From the NCBI GenBank assembly GCA_951406725.2, contig OX597820.1, positions 36,456,001 through 36,520,000 on the forward strand: a DNA stretch of 64,000 nt, given 5' to 3'. How positions within the stretch are numbered: position 1 is the first letter of the stretch; the number at the start of each line of letters is the position of its first letter. The stretch comes from Octopus vulgaris. Taxonomy: Eukaryota. Of this stretch, positions 1 through 14,640 are shown in pieces. The position numbers and the translations under genes were made by a program. The notes beneath the pieces are model-generated. The model did no database searches. It saw only the letters and a program-made list of their open reading frames with translations, and was not told the DNA's origin.

Positions 1-242
1 ACAGCTACTTTTTACTAGGACTAGAATATGTATGTGTGTATGTACATACATATATGTGAGTTCGTTCGCTCATTTAACATCCATTAATTCATGCTAGGCC
101 CTTCCTGTTGCTAACACATTTCACATGTCTTCAAAAGCAAGAAGTGCCCAGACAATTTCCAGACAGAAGAGTCATCATTATCATTGCTCATAGTTTGTGC
201 ACAAATGGAAACAAACATTCACACACACAAATATATATATAT

Positions 243-399
243 AATGGGCTTCTTTCAGTTTCTGTCTACTAAATTCACCCACAAGGCTTTGGTCAGCCCA
301 GGGCTATAGCACAAGACACTGCTCATGATGCTGTGCATTGGACTCAATCTAAAATTATGTGGTTAGGAAGAAAACTTCTTAACCATGTAACTATGCCTG
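243..399 (-). mobile_element. tRNA-derived CORE-type SINE head (octopus OR-like)
   Basis: ttcagtttctgtctactaaattcacccacaaggctttggtc, shared with many copies in the window. Confidence 0.75.
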
Positions 400-731
400 T
401 ATACACATACATATTATATTATATATAAACACACACACTTAGCAGTGACTTTGAAGTCTCATCATACAGAGTTAATTTGAAGCTTCTGACCACAACTTAA
501 TATGCTTCACACTTTTTATAACTGACCTGAAGATGACCGGGACAGTGTGGACCTGAACAGTACTTGGCCAGGATTTGAACTCAGAACATAAACATATGAC
601 CAAGTTCCACAAGGGACTTTTAGCCAATGCTCTACCAATTATGTCACAAACCAAATCTCCAACATTCCATTTCTTGGAAAGTTTAGCCTATCTATATCAT
701 AATTTTATGTACTGTATATTCACCTTTGATT

Positions 732-734
<3 letters not shown>

Positions 735-780
<46 letters not shown>

Positions 781-817
781 CATTATTATTATTATTATTA
801 TCATTATTATTTTATTA
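735..817. repeat. (ATT)n microsatellite
   Basis: Direct observation; another at 30641-30690. Confidence 0.95.
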
Positions 818-1465
818 TAAGAGATCTTAAAAATAATTTTTTTAAATTAAAAAAACCCCCCACATCTTTCTGTATTTTACATTTTGCACATGTATGCATA
901 CATGTACACATACATAACTGCACATACCAGGCATTTGGCTTTATGAGTTGCAGAAAATAAATTAGGTTTTGATGACTCAATAAAGATATATATAGATCAC
1001 ATGTGACCTTCATTTATTTAGAAGGCAATGAGAATTTAATATTTACCTGACAACACTTTCAACTGTTTGCTTAAAGCTACAGAACTAATTAAGAAATGCC
1101 TTCATAAGTGCAACGTCTGAGCAGACATGGCCCTGTTCATAAATTTGTGTCTCCCAACATTGAAATATATATGTATACAGAAAGTGGTGTATTGTGACAT
1201 AAAGGAGAAATTGGTGGTGTAATAAAACTGTCATAATATCTGTGTGTCTGGTAGCTGTTTTGGGAGGATTGTATGTAGTTGTACACATGGGAGATAGGTA
1301 GGTAGGTTTGTGTATTATCTGTGTGTGAGTATGTGAAGTATGCAAACACAGAAAAGTGGACATTAAAATTATGATGATGACTATATATATATATAATTAT
1401 ATACATGCATATGGTGCTTGTAAGATAAAAGAGTTACACCATATTTTTAGTACAGTCCATATCTA

Positions 1466-1594
1466 TTAAACTTTTACAAGAATAAGGTTGACATATAACT
1501 TTGAAGTTTCAGTTTGCTCACCTTCGTAAGACTAACGAATGCAAACAAGCCAAAACTTCAAAGTCCCTGCCAAAGGTTCTTTGTAAAAGTTTAA
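1466..1594. repeat. Diverged inverted repeat
   Basis: ttaaacttttacaagaa..actttgaagttt / aaacttcaaagt..ttctttgtaaaagtttaa. Confidence 0.8.
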
Positions 1595-2155
1595 CACACA
1601 CACACACACACATACAGTATATTTGTTATACGTGTATGTGTGTGTTTATCTCAGAAGACAAAAGTTGACAGTAACTTCAAAGTTCTTTGCCAAAATAAAT
1701 TTCATACAATACTTAAATATATTAAGTTATCTTTCATTTTATGTCTGACTGCTCTTAAGCATGATTTTGCCATGTATTTCCTTATTTTCAAAATAGCCAC
1801 ACTGTATCCCTGTGTATGTCTATTCAAATCACTGCCAACTTGTGGAGCATTGTCAACACATATATTAACCCGAGATGGTTGATTTCATTTCCAATGAGTT
1901 CAATGTAATTTTTACAAATATACAACTGATTGTTTATGTAAAATAATGTGTGTGTGTGTATGTCAGAGAGTATAAAGTCCACATCATTTAATGTAACTAT
2001 CAATTCTTGAAGGATTAATTGTAACATATACACACACACGCCATACACACAAATGCATGTGTGTGCACGTTTAAAACATTCATTAGAATCTATGTGAACA
2101 ATCCCAACACAGATGGCAAAAGGTAATAAAAAAAAAATCAATCAATAAATTTATA

Positions 2156-2329
2156 TAAAGTGTGTACATGTTGAAAACCTTTTAAAATATGATATTCATC
2201 TTGAGAAAGTATCTCTTATAGACATGTGGTGCTAAAAACACAGAAAAATAGCAGCAGCACATCTTTAAGAAATACTTTCTTGAGATGAATACTGCAGTTT
2301 TAAAAGGCATTCAACATATACCAACTTTA
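2156..2329. repeat. Diverged inverted repeat, about 75-bp arms
   Basis: atgttgaaaaccttttaaaa..tattcatcttgagaaagtat / atactttcttgagatgaata..ttttaaaaggcattcaacat. Confidence 0.85.
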
Positions 2330-2383
2330 AGTATGTATACAGATTGCTAATTTCTAATTAATATTGCTTACATAGCTAATTAT

Positions 2384-2470
2384 AAATTTTACTAAATTCT
2401 TCATTATTTTCAAAATTAATTGAAAGAAAAGCAATGTATTTCAACAGAAACATGATAACAAAAGGGTTAA
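2384..2470 (-). mobile_element. piggyBac-type MITE end fragment
   Basis: Reverse complement reads ttaa-cccttttgttatcatgtttctgttgaaatac...aataatgaagaatttagtaaa. Confidence 0.6.
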
Positions 2471-5409
2471 ATTCAAAATAAACTTTTCATCAAGAACAGA
2501 AATGTTGATTTAGATAGTTTTATCATTTTTAAAATTAAAAAAAGAATTCTTTGGTAAAAACTGCTCAATATTGTATTGAAGCATTTATTTTTGGCCTAAA
2601 TTACTATTTGGCCTTTGTTGTATGATTGCATGCTGGATACAATATCAATTAACTCTTGTATCTCTGTATGTAACATGAAAATAAATCCAAAGGAGATAAT
2701 TTTTGCATCCACGTATTTTTTAAGTAACAATTTGTCTTTAAAAAATATTTGTGGATATTTTTAAAAAAGCACCCTCAACTGAGGGAAGGATGTCTGAGAG
2801 AGGAGGAATTAGCTTTGTGCCAGATGTTGAAAGACTAAAGTAGTAATATCATAGTTTTCATGTCTTTGCTCCAGTGAGTAGAGTTACATTTATTTCAGCC
2901 CCACCCAGTGGCTCATTTGTTACACTACAGCATTATTCTTAGGGTTAAAGCATTGTATTGTCTCAAATTTTGCTATTAGTTTGACATAGTGTGGTGACAA
3001 AAATTAAGTGCAATAGTGCAAACTATACTCTTTGCCTACAGATGCATGTAACTTCTTGCCAAAATTTGAAATCAACATTTTAAATGTCTTCAATACCCAT
3101 CAGAACACACACAATGTGTATGTGTGTGTTCATTCACACACTTTCTAACCTTCAGTTGTTATTTCATAATTCTTTAATCTCTGACATTTTGGGGTAGAAC
3201 CGGTCATAATTATTTTGGAAAAGGTCAAAACATCCAATTTATGTTTAAAATTACAGACACCTCTTCCTCACAGCTAACTAACTTATTCCACTTTCTCAAT
3301 TGTTTATATTATCAATTTTTTATTTACATCTTTTTAATCAGTAGGAGAGGCAGTGCCCATGACCCTTCCCAAGGCCCTTGAAGCTCTGGGAGGAAAGTAT
3401 TCTCAAAGTGGAAACCCAAACCAAATGTTTGCAACAGAGTGAACTCTGCTACATGCCCCTATGGTCCCAGATAATGGTGTTAAATCAATCACTGGATTAA
3501 GTAACCCACCCAATTGAGCTACAGCATGACGTGAACTCAGAACACAAAGCTAAAACAAATACCACAAGGAACAAGTCAAATGTAACAATTGTGCCGAACT
3601 AGTGATCTGAATTGGTACTTTTTCTATTCAACCCTGAAAGGATAAAAGGCATAGTTGACTTTAACAGGATTTGAAGTGCCAAGTGTCAGGCGAAATATTG
3701 CAAAGCATTCTAATCTGAAATTCTAACAACTTTGCTACTTACTGTTTTTATTAATTGTTGAAGACAAACACTTGTTTCTTGAGATTCAACTGTTTCTACT
3801 CAAATGATTTTAAATTCTGGGCACAACTACATGTAAAGGATAGAGTGAAGTTGGTTTTTAATTCACCCCAGTTTTGACTGTCTTTATTTTATCTCTTTCA
3901 ACCCAGAGATGAAAGGTAAAGTTATCTCCGAACAGCTTTCAACCCAGAATCTAAACAGTCAGATGTTTTCTTTTTCTCTTTCACACACTCACACACAGAG
4001 TTATGTTCTTACAAGTCAGTCGTAAGTTATGTTCTTACAAGAAGATGCCTATGTTGTTTGCAGAGCCATCTAGTCTAGAGTGGGTGACATAAAACTGGGG
4101 TGATGTCAGGTATGCAGCAAGACCACATGGAATGAGGCAGCCCATTGTAAAATCATGTCTCAAGAAGAAGTCAAGGAAGTCGTGGCATAGTGTACCATGA
4201 CTTTTTATGCTATTAATTTCTCCAAAATTTACAAACAAATCATCCATGCAGCTAATAATCCAATCCAATCATAGGCAATCTGTGACCTGCAAAACTTTGG
4301 CTTGACTAATGAAAAATTACCTTGAATTTTTCTTAAGAATGTAGCCAATCCGGTGATGAGCCACTTCTCATGTGGCCTACTTCTCAAAATAAAGGCTGCC
4401 CATGTCTAATCATTCTATATAGTTCTCTCAGAACTCTCATATGACACACAAACATGAGAACTAACATTTCTCTACTGTACTGTTAGACACTCGTACATCA
4501 AAACCGACAGGCGAGTCCATCATAAGAGTGTGCACATGTGATGTGTGCATGTCCCCTAAAACCAGTGACCTGGCCCAAAAACTTCCAACAGAGCGGACTT
4601 TGATTAAGGCACCAATCAGTCAAAATAGTGGTGTTAAACTAAGTAACAGGTTAAGCAAAAACGAAAACTGGAACCATCTATCTGATGGACTCTCACACAG
4701 ATCATGTTTAACCAAGGTCATTCACAAAGCTTCTGTTGATTTAAAGCTATAGTAAAAAAAAAAAAAATGTTGCTAGGATGTCATGTCTTGAGATTGTACC
4801 TGAACACTTATAATTATGATGCAAACTTCTTATTCATCCAGTCATTTATGTTGGTATGTGATTTCTGTTTAAAGTTTCAACACATTTTTGAATTGGAAGG
4901 GTGTAGAGTCTGATATATATATTTGTCCATTCTTTTGCGTAACATCCATTTTCCCATGCTATCATGGGTTATCAGATGGTTTCACCACGTGAGACCATGT
5001 CCAGAGTAAACACTACAAGTTTGATGGAGAATGGTGTATATTTAAAGCAGTATTTTATGTATATTTAAGGCAGTATTTTATGAGCAAATACTCTTCTTGT
5101 CACCAGCTCTGATATGCTTCCAATTGTGATTTATTATTTCACTGGTCTTTCAAAATGAAAAACAACAGTTACAATGTCGACAAGGAATGTAAACATCACA
5201 TTACCTTTTGCTCAGATGGCAACAAGCAAAGATGTGGAAGGTCAATATTCATGTGCATACATGCATGCACAAACACACATATATTTATGTGTGTGTTATC
5301 TCAGGTTGTAAACTTGTATCTTAAAATGTCTTAGTTATAACACATACTCTCTCTTTGAAAAATCCAGCTCATTAATAAATATATTTTACATGTATCACAC
5401 TGCACCTAA

Positions 5410-5435
5410 CACTGCTGCTGCTACCACTGTTGCTG

Positions 5436-5479
<44 letters not shown>

Positions 5480-5507
5480 GCTACTACTACTACTATTACT
5501 ACTGCTA
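5410..5507. repeat. (CTG)n/(CTA)n microsatellite
   Basis: Direct observation. Confidence 0.95.
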
Positions 5508-7084
5508 CACATAGACAGGCAATAATGAAAGTGATGGTATGCAGATGGTACTGTTCACATCAGTTGAAATCTCTCTTAACTTTAAATAAACTACTCTGCC
5601 ATTGTTTTGAGATACCACCCATCCACTCAGTCATACACCCACAATAACACAAATCAGAAAGGCTTCCAGACTTTTCTTTTATAAACATATACGAGCATTA
5701 ACTGATTAACTTGTTTACTGGTTTCTTTTCTTTACACTTTTTTTTTCATTGCTTTCAAAGAGTCACAAGAATAACATTAACAATGACAGCAACAACCAAC
5801 ATCAATACAAACAACACCAATGACAATACAAATACCAACAACATGAATAGTGTTGAGAAATAGCAGTCAAATCATACCATGTCAAAGTGAAGGACACATT
5901 AATTAATGTAGTCCCGGATGCACTGTGTCAAATTAGAAGAGAGATAGTCACATTTGGAAAACCTTGTATCATAGGCCTCCTGAATGAGAGCTTACCTGGG
6001 ATGACATAACAACAACACTAACAACAATACTAACAACAACACTAAGAGATGCATGTGAATGGAAGAATGAATAAATGAATGCAGTGCTGTTTACCTTTAT
6101 TTACAAATGCTGACCTATGTATGGCTGAAAGAAAGCAGACATGGAGTCACTTAGCATTATAGGGGAAGAGAGGAGAAAGAAAAGGGTTATAGGAGTGGAC
6201 TAGAGAGAGAGGGGGGGGAGAGACTGAGGGAGGAAATGATAGCAAGAGCAGAGAAGATGATTTTAAACAGATACACATAGAGGCACACCCTTCCCTTGTA
6301 TTATGGCCTTGTAATCCTGAAAATCTTGCCTCATGAAATTCTGTAATGCTTCCAATATAACAAGGGATGGCTGTACAGTAAAAGTCCTTACAACAAAATG
6401 TCAACAGACAGAAACATTTGTGGAGGTTAAAGCAACTGGGGAAAAAAAAGTTCCCCTCTTCATTTTGCCTCCAACAAAGCAGAGATTGGCTGTTTACAAG
6501 AAAACCTTTTATCTTCTGCTTAAATCAGATACATCATAGCTTCTACTGTGGTGATATAAATCGATGACCAGTGTTGTGATAATAATAATTAACATACTCT
6601 CAGTTATAAGTGTATGTGATATACAACAGTTTACTCTGATATATGTATCTATCATATCTAAGAACTATGTGAGATATACTATAGTATACCGTGATATCAT
6701 TTAACTTATCTGCTACAACTGCATGTAATACATCACAGTTTACTGTGACAATATCATGTTCTGCTACAGAGCAACTCTGAAGCTTAGGAGTTAAGAATAA
6801 ATTACCTTTCTAACATCACACCTCCACCATGATCATTTCTTGCTCAGCACATGACACACATCGTTTAACATCCGCTTTCCATGCTAGCATGGGTTGGATG
6901 TGTACAGAAATCATTATTATCACTACTGATGTACATAGAAGGCCAGGTCTACCATACAGTAGTAGTTCTCCATACACCTTAAGTATGTATCATTTGTGAA
7001 GACAATTGCTTCTGTACCTGTCCAAACTTATCAATGGTATCCACATAAAACAATGAAATAACCTCTGTGCAATAACTTCATGCA

Positions 7085-7376
7085 TTGGGCCTCACAGAGA
7101 CCATAGGCATTATGTTGTGCTTGAGAAGACCCGTCTAGCCGAGCAAAATTGCAGTCGTGACAGATACCGGTGTCACACAAATGGAATCCATGCCAGTGGC
7201 ATGTAAAAGCACCTATTACACTCTCATAGTGGTTGGCACTAGAAAGGGCATCCAGCTGTAGAAAACCATGCCAAATCAGACTAGAGTCTGGTGCAGCCTT
7301 CCAACTTGCCAGCTCCAGTCAAACCGTTCAACCCATGCCAGCATGGACAACGGACGTTAAATGATGATGATGATGT
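7085..7376 (+). mobile_element. RTE-type LINE 3' end
   Basis: gtgcttgagaagacccg...gaaagggcatccagctgtagaaa...ggacgttaaatgatgatgat. Confidence 0.85.
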
Positions 7377-7465
7377 AGTTGCTTAACTTACTAGAAATAT
7401 CACTCATATCTTCAAACAAAAAAGTAAAGGTATATATATATACTAATAATATAATAATAATATAT

Positions 7466-7498
<33 letters not shown>

Positions 7499-7725
7499 GG
7501 TGCAGGAGTGGCTGTGTGGTAAGAAGCTTGCTTCCCAACCACATGGTTCCAGGTTCAGTTCCACTGCGTAGCAATTTGGGCAAGTGTCTTCTACTATAGA
7601 CCGATAGAATAAGTACTAGGCTTACAAAGAATAAGTTCTAGAGCTGATTTGTTCAACTAAAGGCGGTGCTCCAGCATGGCCAAAGTCAAATGACTGAAAC
7701 AAGTAAAAGAAGAAAAGAAAAAGAA
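7499..7725 (+). mobile_element. tRNA-derived CORE-type SINE with an internal deletion
   Basis: A/B-box head ggtgcaggagtggctgtgtggtaag..ggttcagttcc, then gggcaagtgtcttctactata joined directly to the gaccgatagaataagtact tail. Confidence 0.85.
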
Positions 7726-9542
7726 TATATATATAAAAGTATATATATATCAGATAATGTGCTCCTAGATACACTACATTCAATTAAATGACAAGATGAT
7801 CACATCAGGAACACTTTTGATTACTGGTTTGTTCAATCAGTATTGACCAGAGAATAAATAACAATGGATAGCTAGATAAACTGGGCCATTAACAGTTAAA
7901 TGGTTTTGCTAGAGATAAAATGAATCATTGACCCATGTAGAAAATAATTTAGTGCTTTAAAAGCATGACCAGTTGTGACTTTCTTAATAGATTAGGCTAA
8001 CAAAAAGTAAAATAAACTTATAATCTGAACAGTCCTTGGTCACCTTGGAAACTGCTCTTGTGCTAAAAAAAATCTTGCCCAACTATCATCTGTTTAACTT
8101 ACATTCAAGAGGGTTCCAGCCATCAAAAGCTATGGGTGCTGTCCTTTCTCACTAGCATTCAATATATTTTAAGTTTGTTCAGAAATAAATAATTTTAAAA
8201 CAATGAATTTGTCAAATCTCATCTATAGCAGATATTTTTCAGTTTGACCCAGAACAAAAGAGGCATGTAAGTTATTTATTACATAACAAGACACCAAGAT
8301 TATATTTATGGAATATAAGGCTGTTTACGACCAATGAAAGTGCATAATGGAGAAACAAGAATTTGAAAATATGAAAGGAAAAAAAAGAGGGGAGTGGACA
8401 GGTTAATAAATAAACAAAATCATAAAAGAAAGCTGATCTGCTTCCCTCCATCATCAGCATTTTTATTAGAGAGAAATAAATTAATCTTTCAACTTAATGA
8501 AATATCTTTATGATTCCTATTTGTTCTATTGCCATCATCACTACACAACTTCACATCACACCAGCAACATCACAAGACACTGAGGAAGCCTCTACATGGT
8601 TGCATCATCAGCAGCAAGAAATCACAGCCAAATCTTCCTCACAAACTACTACTCAACCAGTTAAATATAGAGAATAAACTAATACTAATAATAATATATC
8701 GAAAAGGAAAATGTGAATGGTCACAGCTTGAGTTCTGGTTAGTATTTTTCATCAGACAAAAATTAATTTTCCCAACATGTGCAAAGGATGTTAGAGAATG
8801 ACAGTTGCAGAGCTACTAGACTGTAAATAAGAAGACCATCCCCATTTTCACTGTGGCCACCACATGAATCTAAAGGTGAATAGAAATGAAATGGACAGTG
8901 AAGAGAGTGTCACATTCACACCATTACATTGCACCCACATATGACTTGATTCATCACCAAAGTATGCCAGACTATGTAGTAAGGTTGTCAGGTTAGGTGA
9001 AGACATCATATGGATCTGTGGATCATATCTCATAGTTTAACTAAGCACTTGCATGTTGTAAGACTACTTGATCTAGGCTGACCTTGTGTCACATGCCAAC
9101 AGACAATTGCTATAATAATAATTTTTCAAACAAAATAAATAAACCAATTCATAAACAATGCAATAAACAAAATATATAGCAAACAATAAAACAAAGATTT
9201 TAAATATTTCCCCAATTATGAGACATATATTAAATTTCAATGGTATGACATGTTGGGATGCATATGTGTTTGTCTGTGAGGTGTGTGTGGGGGTACAGTA
9301 TGTATTTGTGTGTGGTTTACAGAACGTGTCTGTGTGAATACAATGTTTGTGTGTGCAGTGTACCATGTGTATGATGTAGTTTGCATGTGCATGTGTGTAT
9401 AGTGTATATTGTATATGTCTATGAGTATGCTGTGTATGTAGAAGTGTAGAACTGTCTTGTGTAGTTAAGTATTTATGTATGTGTTTGTGGTATGTATAGT
9501 GTATGTGCAAGGGAGTATATGAGTGTGTATGTACTGTATACA

Positions 9543-9601
<59 letters not shown>

Positions 9602-9720
9602 ACAGTGTAACTGTGCAGACAACATACAGTGTGTATGTGTTTATACTATGTATTAAAGACCTGTTGTCTGGGATGGTTGCATAGGCAATAACTATCTAGA
9701 CTAAAACAACAATAATTATT

Positions 9721-10055
9721 GGTGACACATAAAAGCACCCGTGCCACTGACACATTAAAAGTACCTGTGCCAGTGACATACTAAAGGCACCTGTGCCGGT
9801 AACACGTTAAAGGCACCTGTGCCAGTGATACGTTAAAGGCACATGTACCAGTGACACATAATAGACATCTGTGCCTGTGACACATGAAAGGAATCCAGTA
9901 TACTCTGCGGAGTGGTTGGCATTAAGAAGGGCATCCAACCATAGAAACCAAACCAAATCAGACTGAAGCCCAATGAAGCTCTCCAGCTTACCAACTCCAG
10001 TCAGACCATCTAACCCATGCCAGCTTCAATAACAGATGCATGATGATGATGATGA
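9721..10055 (+). mobile_element. RTE-type 3' end with an expanded 26-bp minisatellite (about 6.5 copies, 9721-9897)
   Basis: Unit gacacattaaaggcacctgtgccagt, followed by the standard tail. Confidence 0.8.
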
Positions 10056-10224
10056 AATATAAAGTATCTCCTCCTATATTGACAATATGCTCTGACAACT
10101 TGTCACCATCATTATTGTCTTCTTTCTAGCTATTCCCACCCTTATATAATGTGGGGTAGCTATGTATTCCTCTACTGCAAGACACCTATGCCTACTTGCC
10201 TATCATAATTTAAGTTCTCATCAC

Positions 10225-10474
10225 CTTGCATAAAACCACCTCCCTCTCTACTACAACTCCATTCAGTTGAATGGTTGTTATCCTTATCTTGCAAGCTACT
10301 TGGTGACCTCACTAGTGCTGGTGCCACAAAAGCATCCAGTACACACTGTAAAGTGATTGGCTTTATGAAGGGCAACTAGGCATGGAAACATTGCAGCTCA
10401 CTGATTCCTGCTGAACAATCCAACCCATGCTGGCATAGAAAATGGTCATTAAATGACGATGATGATGATGATGA
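10225..10474 (+). mobile_element. RTE-tail repeat
   Basis: ggtgacctcactagtgctggtgcca...caacccatgc...taaatgacgatgatgat. Related copies near 20440-20660, 27270-27400, 39010-39210 and 43730-43985 (+), and 18500-18740 and 40825-41110 (-). Confidence 0.7.
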
Positions 10475-10822
10475 AGCAAATCATTTAAAATTTATTATAA
10501 AAATGCTAATTTTATATAAGTATCAATAAATAACTAATATTTTGATGTTAAGCAAGCAAAATTCTACCATGTTTTTCAACCTCAATGTATATATTATATG
10601 TAAAATTATTAAATCTATATTCCAAAAGTGAAGCTACAAAATGTATCAAATATAGTGTTATAAAGGCAGAAAGTATTCTGTCTCTTGCGAAGTGTCATTA
10701 CAGAGTGAAGATTAAACATATGGTCATACAGTGTATGTTTGTCTCTGGTGATTAGATTATTTTTACAGATGTATTTTATTATGTGCGAGTGTATATAAAA
10801 GTAATAATGAATATCATGCAAG

Positions 10823-10839
10823 TGTGTGTGTGTGTGTGT

Positions 10840-10895
<56 letters not shown>

Positions 10896-11031
10896 AGTGG
10901 ATCATAAATCCCAAAAAGAAGTACACTCTAAAAGTTAGGGCAGTAATGTATTTACATGAAGTTAAATATGTTAGCATTATGGATGCGAAACCATTAGCCA
11001 CTCTATGACCTGACATAATTTTGACTTCATG

Positions 11032-11129
<98 letters not shown>

Positions 11130-11290
11130 AGGCGTATATGTGCGTACCTGTGTGTATGTGCGTGCGTGCATGTATGTGTGCGTGCATGTGTGCATGTGTT
11201 TGTAATTATATATATATATACACATACATTTGTATATATACACATATATACATACATTTGTGTGTGTATATATATATACATACATATTCT
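10823..11290. repeat. (TA)n/(TG)n microsatellite cluster, representative of many such tracts (e.g. 9547, 30958, 33737, 34586, 46998, 54063)
   Basis: Direct observation. Confidence 0.95.
10934..11019 (+). repeat. 86-bp segment duplicated at 13015-13099
   Basis: Identical except for one indel. This copy lies in an island between (TA)n tracts and ends in a fold-back (10950-11037). Confidence 0.95.
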
Positions 11291-11292
11291 TA

Positions 11293-11676
11293 TATTCTTT
11301 CTTTTATTCTTTTACTTGTTTCAGTCATTTGATTGTGGCCATGCTAGAGCACCACCTTTTAGTTGAGCAAATCGGCCCCACAAATTATTCTTTGTAAGCC
11401 TAGTACTTATTCTATCGGTCTCTTGCCGAATCACTAAGTTACGGGGATGTAAGCACACCAGCATCGCCTGCTAAGTGATGTTTTGGGGTGGACAAACACA
11501 GACACACAAACACACACCCATATATATACATATATACAACAGGCTTCTTTCAGTTTCTTTCTACCAAATTCACTCACAAGGCTTTGGTCGGCCTGAGGCT
11601 ATAGTAGAAAACACTTGCCCAAGGTGCCATGCAGAGGGACTGAACCTAGAACCATGTGGTTGATAAGCAAGCTACA
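11293..11676 (-). mobile_element. tRNA-derived CORE-type SINE, near full length
   Basis: Same head, body and tail as 31760-32163. Confidence 0.9.
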
Positions 11677-13764
11677 TTTTATAGAAATTTTAAAAGTTAT
11701 GTATTTAAACAAAATATAAAGTATCATATATTCAACATGATCAGTATATATAATTGTATTTTTATACAGCTGTACGTGTGTGTGTGTACATATGTATGTA
11801 AACAGACACTAATACTCTAATTTAGCAGATTCTATCAAACAATCCAACCCATGCTAACATGGAGAGTAGGCAGTAACTGATCAAACAACATGACATTGTG
11901 AAACTAGGCAGAATGGTACAATCCATGCATTCTGTTTCTGTCTGCTCAATTTCACTCACAGGAAGTGAGTCAACTTGAAACTATGGCAAAGGCGACATGC
12001 TCAATATTCCCTGCAGCAGAATTAAAGCCAGGACGTCATGATTGTAAAACAAACTTAACTTGGACATAGCCACTGGTGAAGGTGTATCCTGTGGTACGGT
12101 AGATGGGTGTTAAGATGTTAGGGAATTGGTAGGTGGAGAGCTACTGAAGAAGGAGTACAGAAGGTGTTCAAGTGTAGTAATAGAGCAGCTAGGGGTGATA
12201 GGTGCAGTGTACAGGTAAACAGGTGGTATAGTGTAGGTACTTAGTCCCAGGCCAGTTACTGAGTGAACAAATCTGCTAATAAAAGACATTCCAGTCATAA
12301 TCCTCTCATCCTTCTCTTGGGCATTGCATATCTAGGACTACATTAGCCAATGTATTCCTCTTTTTTCAAGACTGCACAGTATGATATGCGATGCGGAGGG
12401 GGGAATGATCTGTTCTTTCTAGCAGGTTAAATCCTCTTGTTGGTATGGCATAGTACAGTGGTACAGAAGAGTACTATATGGCAACTAAGGAATAGCAAGA
12501 GGATTTATAGCTGTGGCTTTAGAGTTGTAGTAGTAGCACTGTTGCTGCTGCTACTACGAGTAGCACCAAAATATATCAAAGTAGGTAAAAGCATCAGCTG
12601 TATAAAATGTAGTAGTGGTGCTGGCTTCAGTAGTAATAGCAGAAGCATTGATGGTGGCAGTAGTGGTGGTAATAATCTTCTAAGACTAGCACAAGGCCAC
12701 ATATTTTGGGGTAGGGATGTCATTAAATCAAACTTTCAGCTGATTCCTGTTTGATATTATCACTGACTCCAGGAGGATAAAAGGCAAAAGTTTACAGGAG
12801 CATATTTTGAACTCAGAACAAAGGGATGTAACTAAATACTGCAAAGAGTTATATTGCTTCATTGCCCTTAGTCAATCCACCACCCTTGACCAATTAAGCA
12901 AAGAAGTCATTAATAAGGGATCACATCGGCTGTTGGGAAAAGATCCAACAAGAATGTTCCTGTCAGCTAATGATATTTAATAATGAACTGAAATTTGGAA
13001 ACAATATAGAGAGTGTTAGGGCAGTAATGTATTTACATGAAGTTAAATATGTTAGCATTATGGATGCGAAACCATTAGCCATCTATGACCTGACATAATG
13101 ATCTTTGAGGGCAACCTATTTAACCTACTTAACAAATAAAAGAGGTTTTTAAACTTCAATTCCCATTCACTGCCACCTAGTTTGCCACAAATAACAGGGA
13201 AATGTCTTGTTTTTTGATAGGAAAGGGTTGGAGGTCTATATCAAAACAAGGGACACATGTGTACATTGTGTAAAGTGTGGTAAGGAAAAAGTGGGGTGGC
13301 ACCTTTGTAGTGTGTTTTAGGTGTACAGTTTTGACAAAATATATTAAATGGACTGTAGAATGAGACATGGGATGTTTGGGATAATTGCTGAAATAAAAGC
13401 AACTCGACCCATAAAACAAAACAAAAGCATTATAGTTTAAATATTAATCATAAAATTAGGCTAAGTAGATTAAAAAAGGATGACAACAGAAATGGGTGGG
13501 GTGGGGGTTGAAAATGTTTGCACAAATCAACAGCAATGACAGCATAAACCAAATGTACGAACCTAATGTTGATAACAATGGTTGTTTGATACTTGGTACA
13601 TGTGGAGGTGTAGAAGTACTACTAAATTCAGAAGTACTTAGTCGAGATTTTGTTGACGGTACATGATTGCCAATTGTATAAGACCCTGATAGAGTAGGTG
13701 ATGTTTTAGATACTGAAATATAAAAGACAGAGAACATTATAAATGGCTTGAAAAAGAAATGAAA

Positions 13765-13992
13765 AGATGTTGAACAGCAAACAAATAGGTAAAAATGTTC
13801 AACGGTTGGCAAAGATAACTGACAGTTGGTAAAGATAGCCGACATACAATAGGTCGAATAGTAGACAATAAATAAAACAGCAGGTAATACAACAGACAAT
13901 TGGTAAAACTAACAGATAGTTATCTGTGTGGTGACAATTAGTAATATAGCCAACTGTTGTAAAATAACAGAAAATACATAACAAGCTGACAG
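13765..13992 (+). repeat. Degenerate minisatellite, about 20-bp unit
   Basis: Unit approximately aacagacaattggtaaaat. Confidence 0.5.
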
Positions 13993-14222
13993 TTTTTTAT
14001 TTATTTCTTTATTGCCCACAAGGGGCTAAACACAGAGGGTACAAACAAGCACTGACAAAGGGATTAAGTCGATTACATCGACCCCAGTGCGTAACTGGTA
14101 CTTAATTTATCGACCCTGAAAGGATGAAAGGCAAAGTCGACCTCGGCGGAATTTGAACTCAGAATGTAACGGCAGACAAAATACCGCTAAGCATTTTGCC
14201 CGGCGTTCTAACGTTTCTGCTA
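13993..14222 (-). mobile_element. Young tRNA-derived SINE with Meta-like central domain
   Basis: rc: gagttcaaattccgccgaggtcgactttgcctttcatcctttcagggtcgataaattaagtaccag. Confidence 0.85.
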
Positions 14223-14640
14223 ACAGTTTCTGTCTACTAATTTCACCGATAAAGCACTGGGTGGCTTGAGGTGCTCCACAAAGCGATTGAATCGAAACCC
14301 ACATGGTTACAAAGCAGACTTTGCAACCACACAACCTTGCTTAAATTTTTTTTAATTATATTGTTTCCTATCAATATCCTATCCATTTGTTTTCTATTTG
14401 TAAATTGCTGTTTTTGTAGTATCAAGTTGATTTTCTTTTGAGAAAAATGTTGGGTGAGGATCAGAATATTTGTAGTCACTTCTCCATGTGGAGACAATGC
14501 AAAGAAGAAATAAAATCTGCCAAAAGGAAAAAAATTAGTAAATCTTATTTTTCTATGTCTGAATCAAACTTTCTGAAACTATCTGTATGTAAGCTCTATA
14601 GAACACGGTTTCCTGTAATAAAACCCTTGAAAAGGGAGGG

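Noticed and set aside
520-572. CTGAAGA-containing possible hammerhead
   Set aside because: No GAAA box and helices cannot be formed convincingly.
4035-4620. 77-aa minus ORF as a host exon
   Set aside because: In-frame stop after the nearest acceptor. Faint resemblance to an L1/Tx1 endonuclease relic, but too decayed to call.
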